From the NCBI GenBank assembly GCA_030390025.1, contig CM059435.1, positions 30,070,001-30,134,000 of the forward strand: a stretch of DNA of 64,000 nt, given 5' to 3'. Under the pieces are notes generated by a model. That model was not told the origin of the DNA and searched no databases. It saw only the letters and a list, made by a program, of their open reading frames with translations. Positions within the stretch are counted from its first letter, which is position 1. Each line of letters opens with the position of its first letter. This document shows positions 63,121 to 64,000 of this stretch, piece by piece. The position numbers and the translations under genes were made by a program. The DNA comes from Squalus acanthias (taxonomy: Eukaryota).

Positions 63121-64000
63121 CTGCTGTGTAGCGAAATTGCAAAGCAATCCCCCCTGACTGCAATGGTTCTGATGATCACCAGAGGCTCGGTGCTGCTGCA
63201 AAAGTAGGAAGTGGGGCATTGCCAAGCAATCCACCCAACAGAGCCTTTGAGTAGCTGAAGAGCAGTTATTGGCTAAGGGTTGGGAGGTGTTTGTTGGTCT
63301 GTCTTGTTAGGAAGAGAATCATTTGGGGCTCTTGTATAGCTAAGGGGTTGTTGGGGGCAGGGTGCTTTTGGACAAATAAAATTATACTGATGTAAAGTAT
63401 CACTATTAACTCTGCATTAATGTTTTATATCGCTAATTACACTGTTGGAGTGAATACTTGCATAAAAGTGGAATTGTAAAAGAACCATGAAGATGCTGCT
63501 ATTTCATTATTTCTGCACAATATGTTTGAGGGAATAAAAACCTGTTTAGCTTCCAGCACTGAGCAATAACTTGTATACTGCTACAGTCTAATTAGGTGCC
63601 TCTGTACAGTTATGAAGTTCCTTGTCCTATTCCCACGTTTTGTTCGAAAGCATATGCACAAAAACGCAAACCATATGCATGGATATGTGTCAGTCTCTCT
63701 GGAGTGTTAAGTCTGGAGTGTTAAGTAATAGTTTCAATCGGCAAAGCTCAAAGAATCTGTGTAGCACCTTCTGTAGAATGCTAGCCTAATGGTCCCTGAC
63801 TGAGGTCACGTAAAGATGCGTTTTATAGAAAGTTAACCTATTCAGTCTTTGTTTAGCTAACTTTTTTTTGTTACCGTTGCTTACTTCAGGATGTTTCAGG
63901 TTTTTTAATCTGTGTGAAACCTTGGCACGGTGCTACACACCAAGTGTTTCAGTATTACTCCCTGGTACAATAATTGGTTAATATCCCACTTTGCATATTT

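Overview
Vertebrate genomic DNA, most likely a cartilaginous fish (shark-type CR1/L2 LINEs, V-SINE, Penelope repeats; taxon is an inference). The window holds 15 consecutive internal coding exons of PREX1 (PIP3/G-beta-gamma-dependent Rac GEF) on the + strand, 13531-61739. All have canonical AG/GT ends and compatible phases. They splice to 1722 nt / 574 aa with no stop, covering the end of DH, PH, DEP1, DEP2, PDZ1 and most of PDZ2. The gene's start and end lie outside the window. Introns are rich in decayed retroelements, and there is one 510-N assembly gap. The most notable non-coding signal is three Penelope-type insertions, each flanked by a 10-12 bp target-site duplication and each carrying a minimal hammerhead ribozyme with a palindromic helix III. 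Two are sense to the PREX1 transcript. One has an open GIY-YIG endonuclease frame and an inversion with a 50-bp perfect inverted repeat. A TIR element near the window end carries 26- and 30-bp perfect palindromes rich in TGACAG motifs. No database searches were run, so family names rest on recalled motifs.
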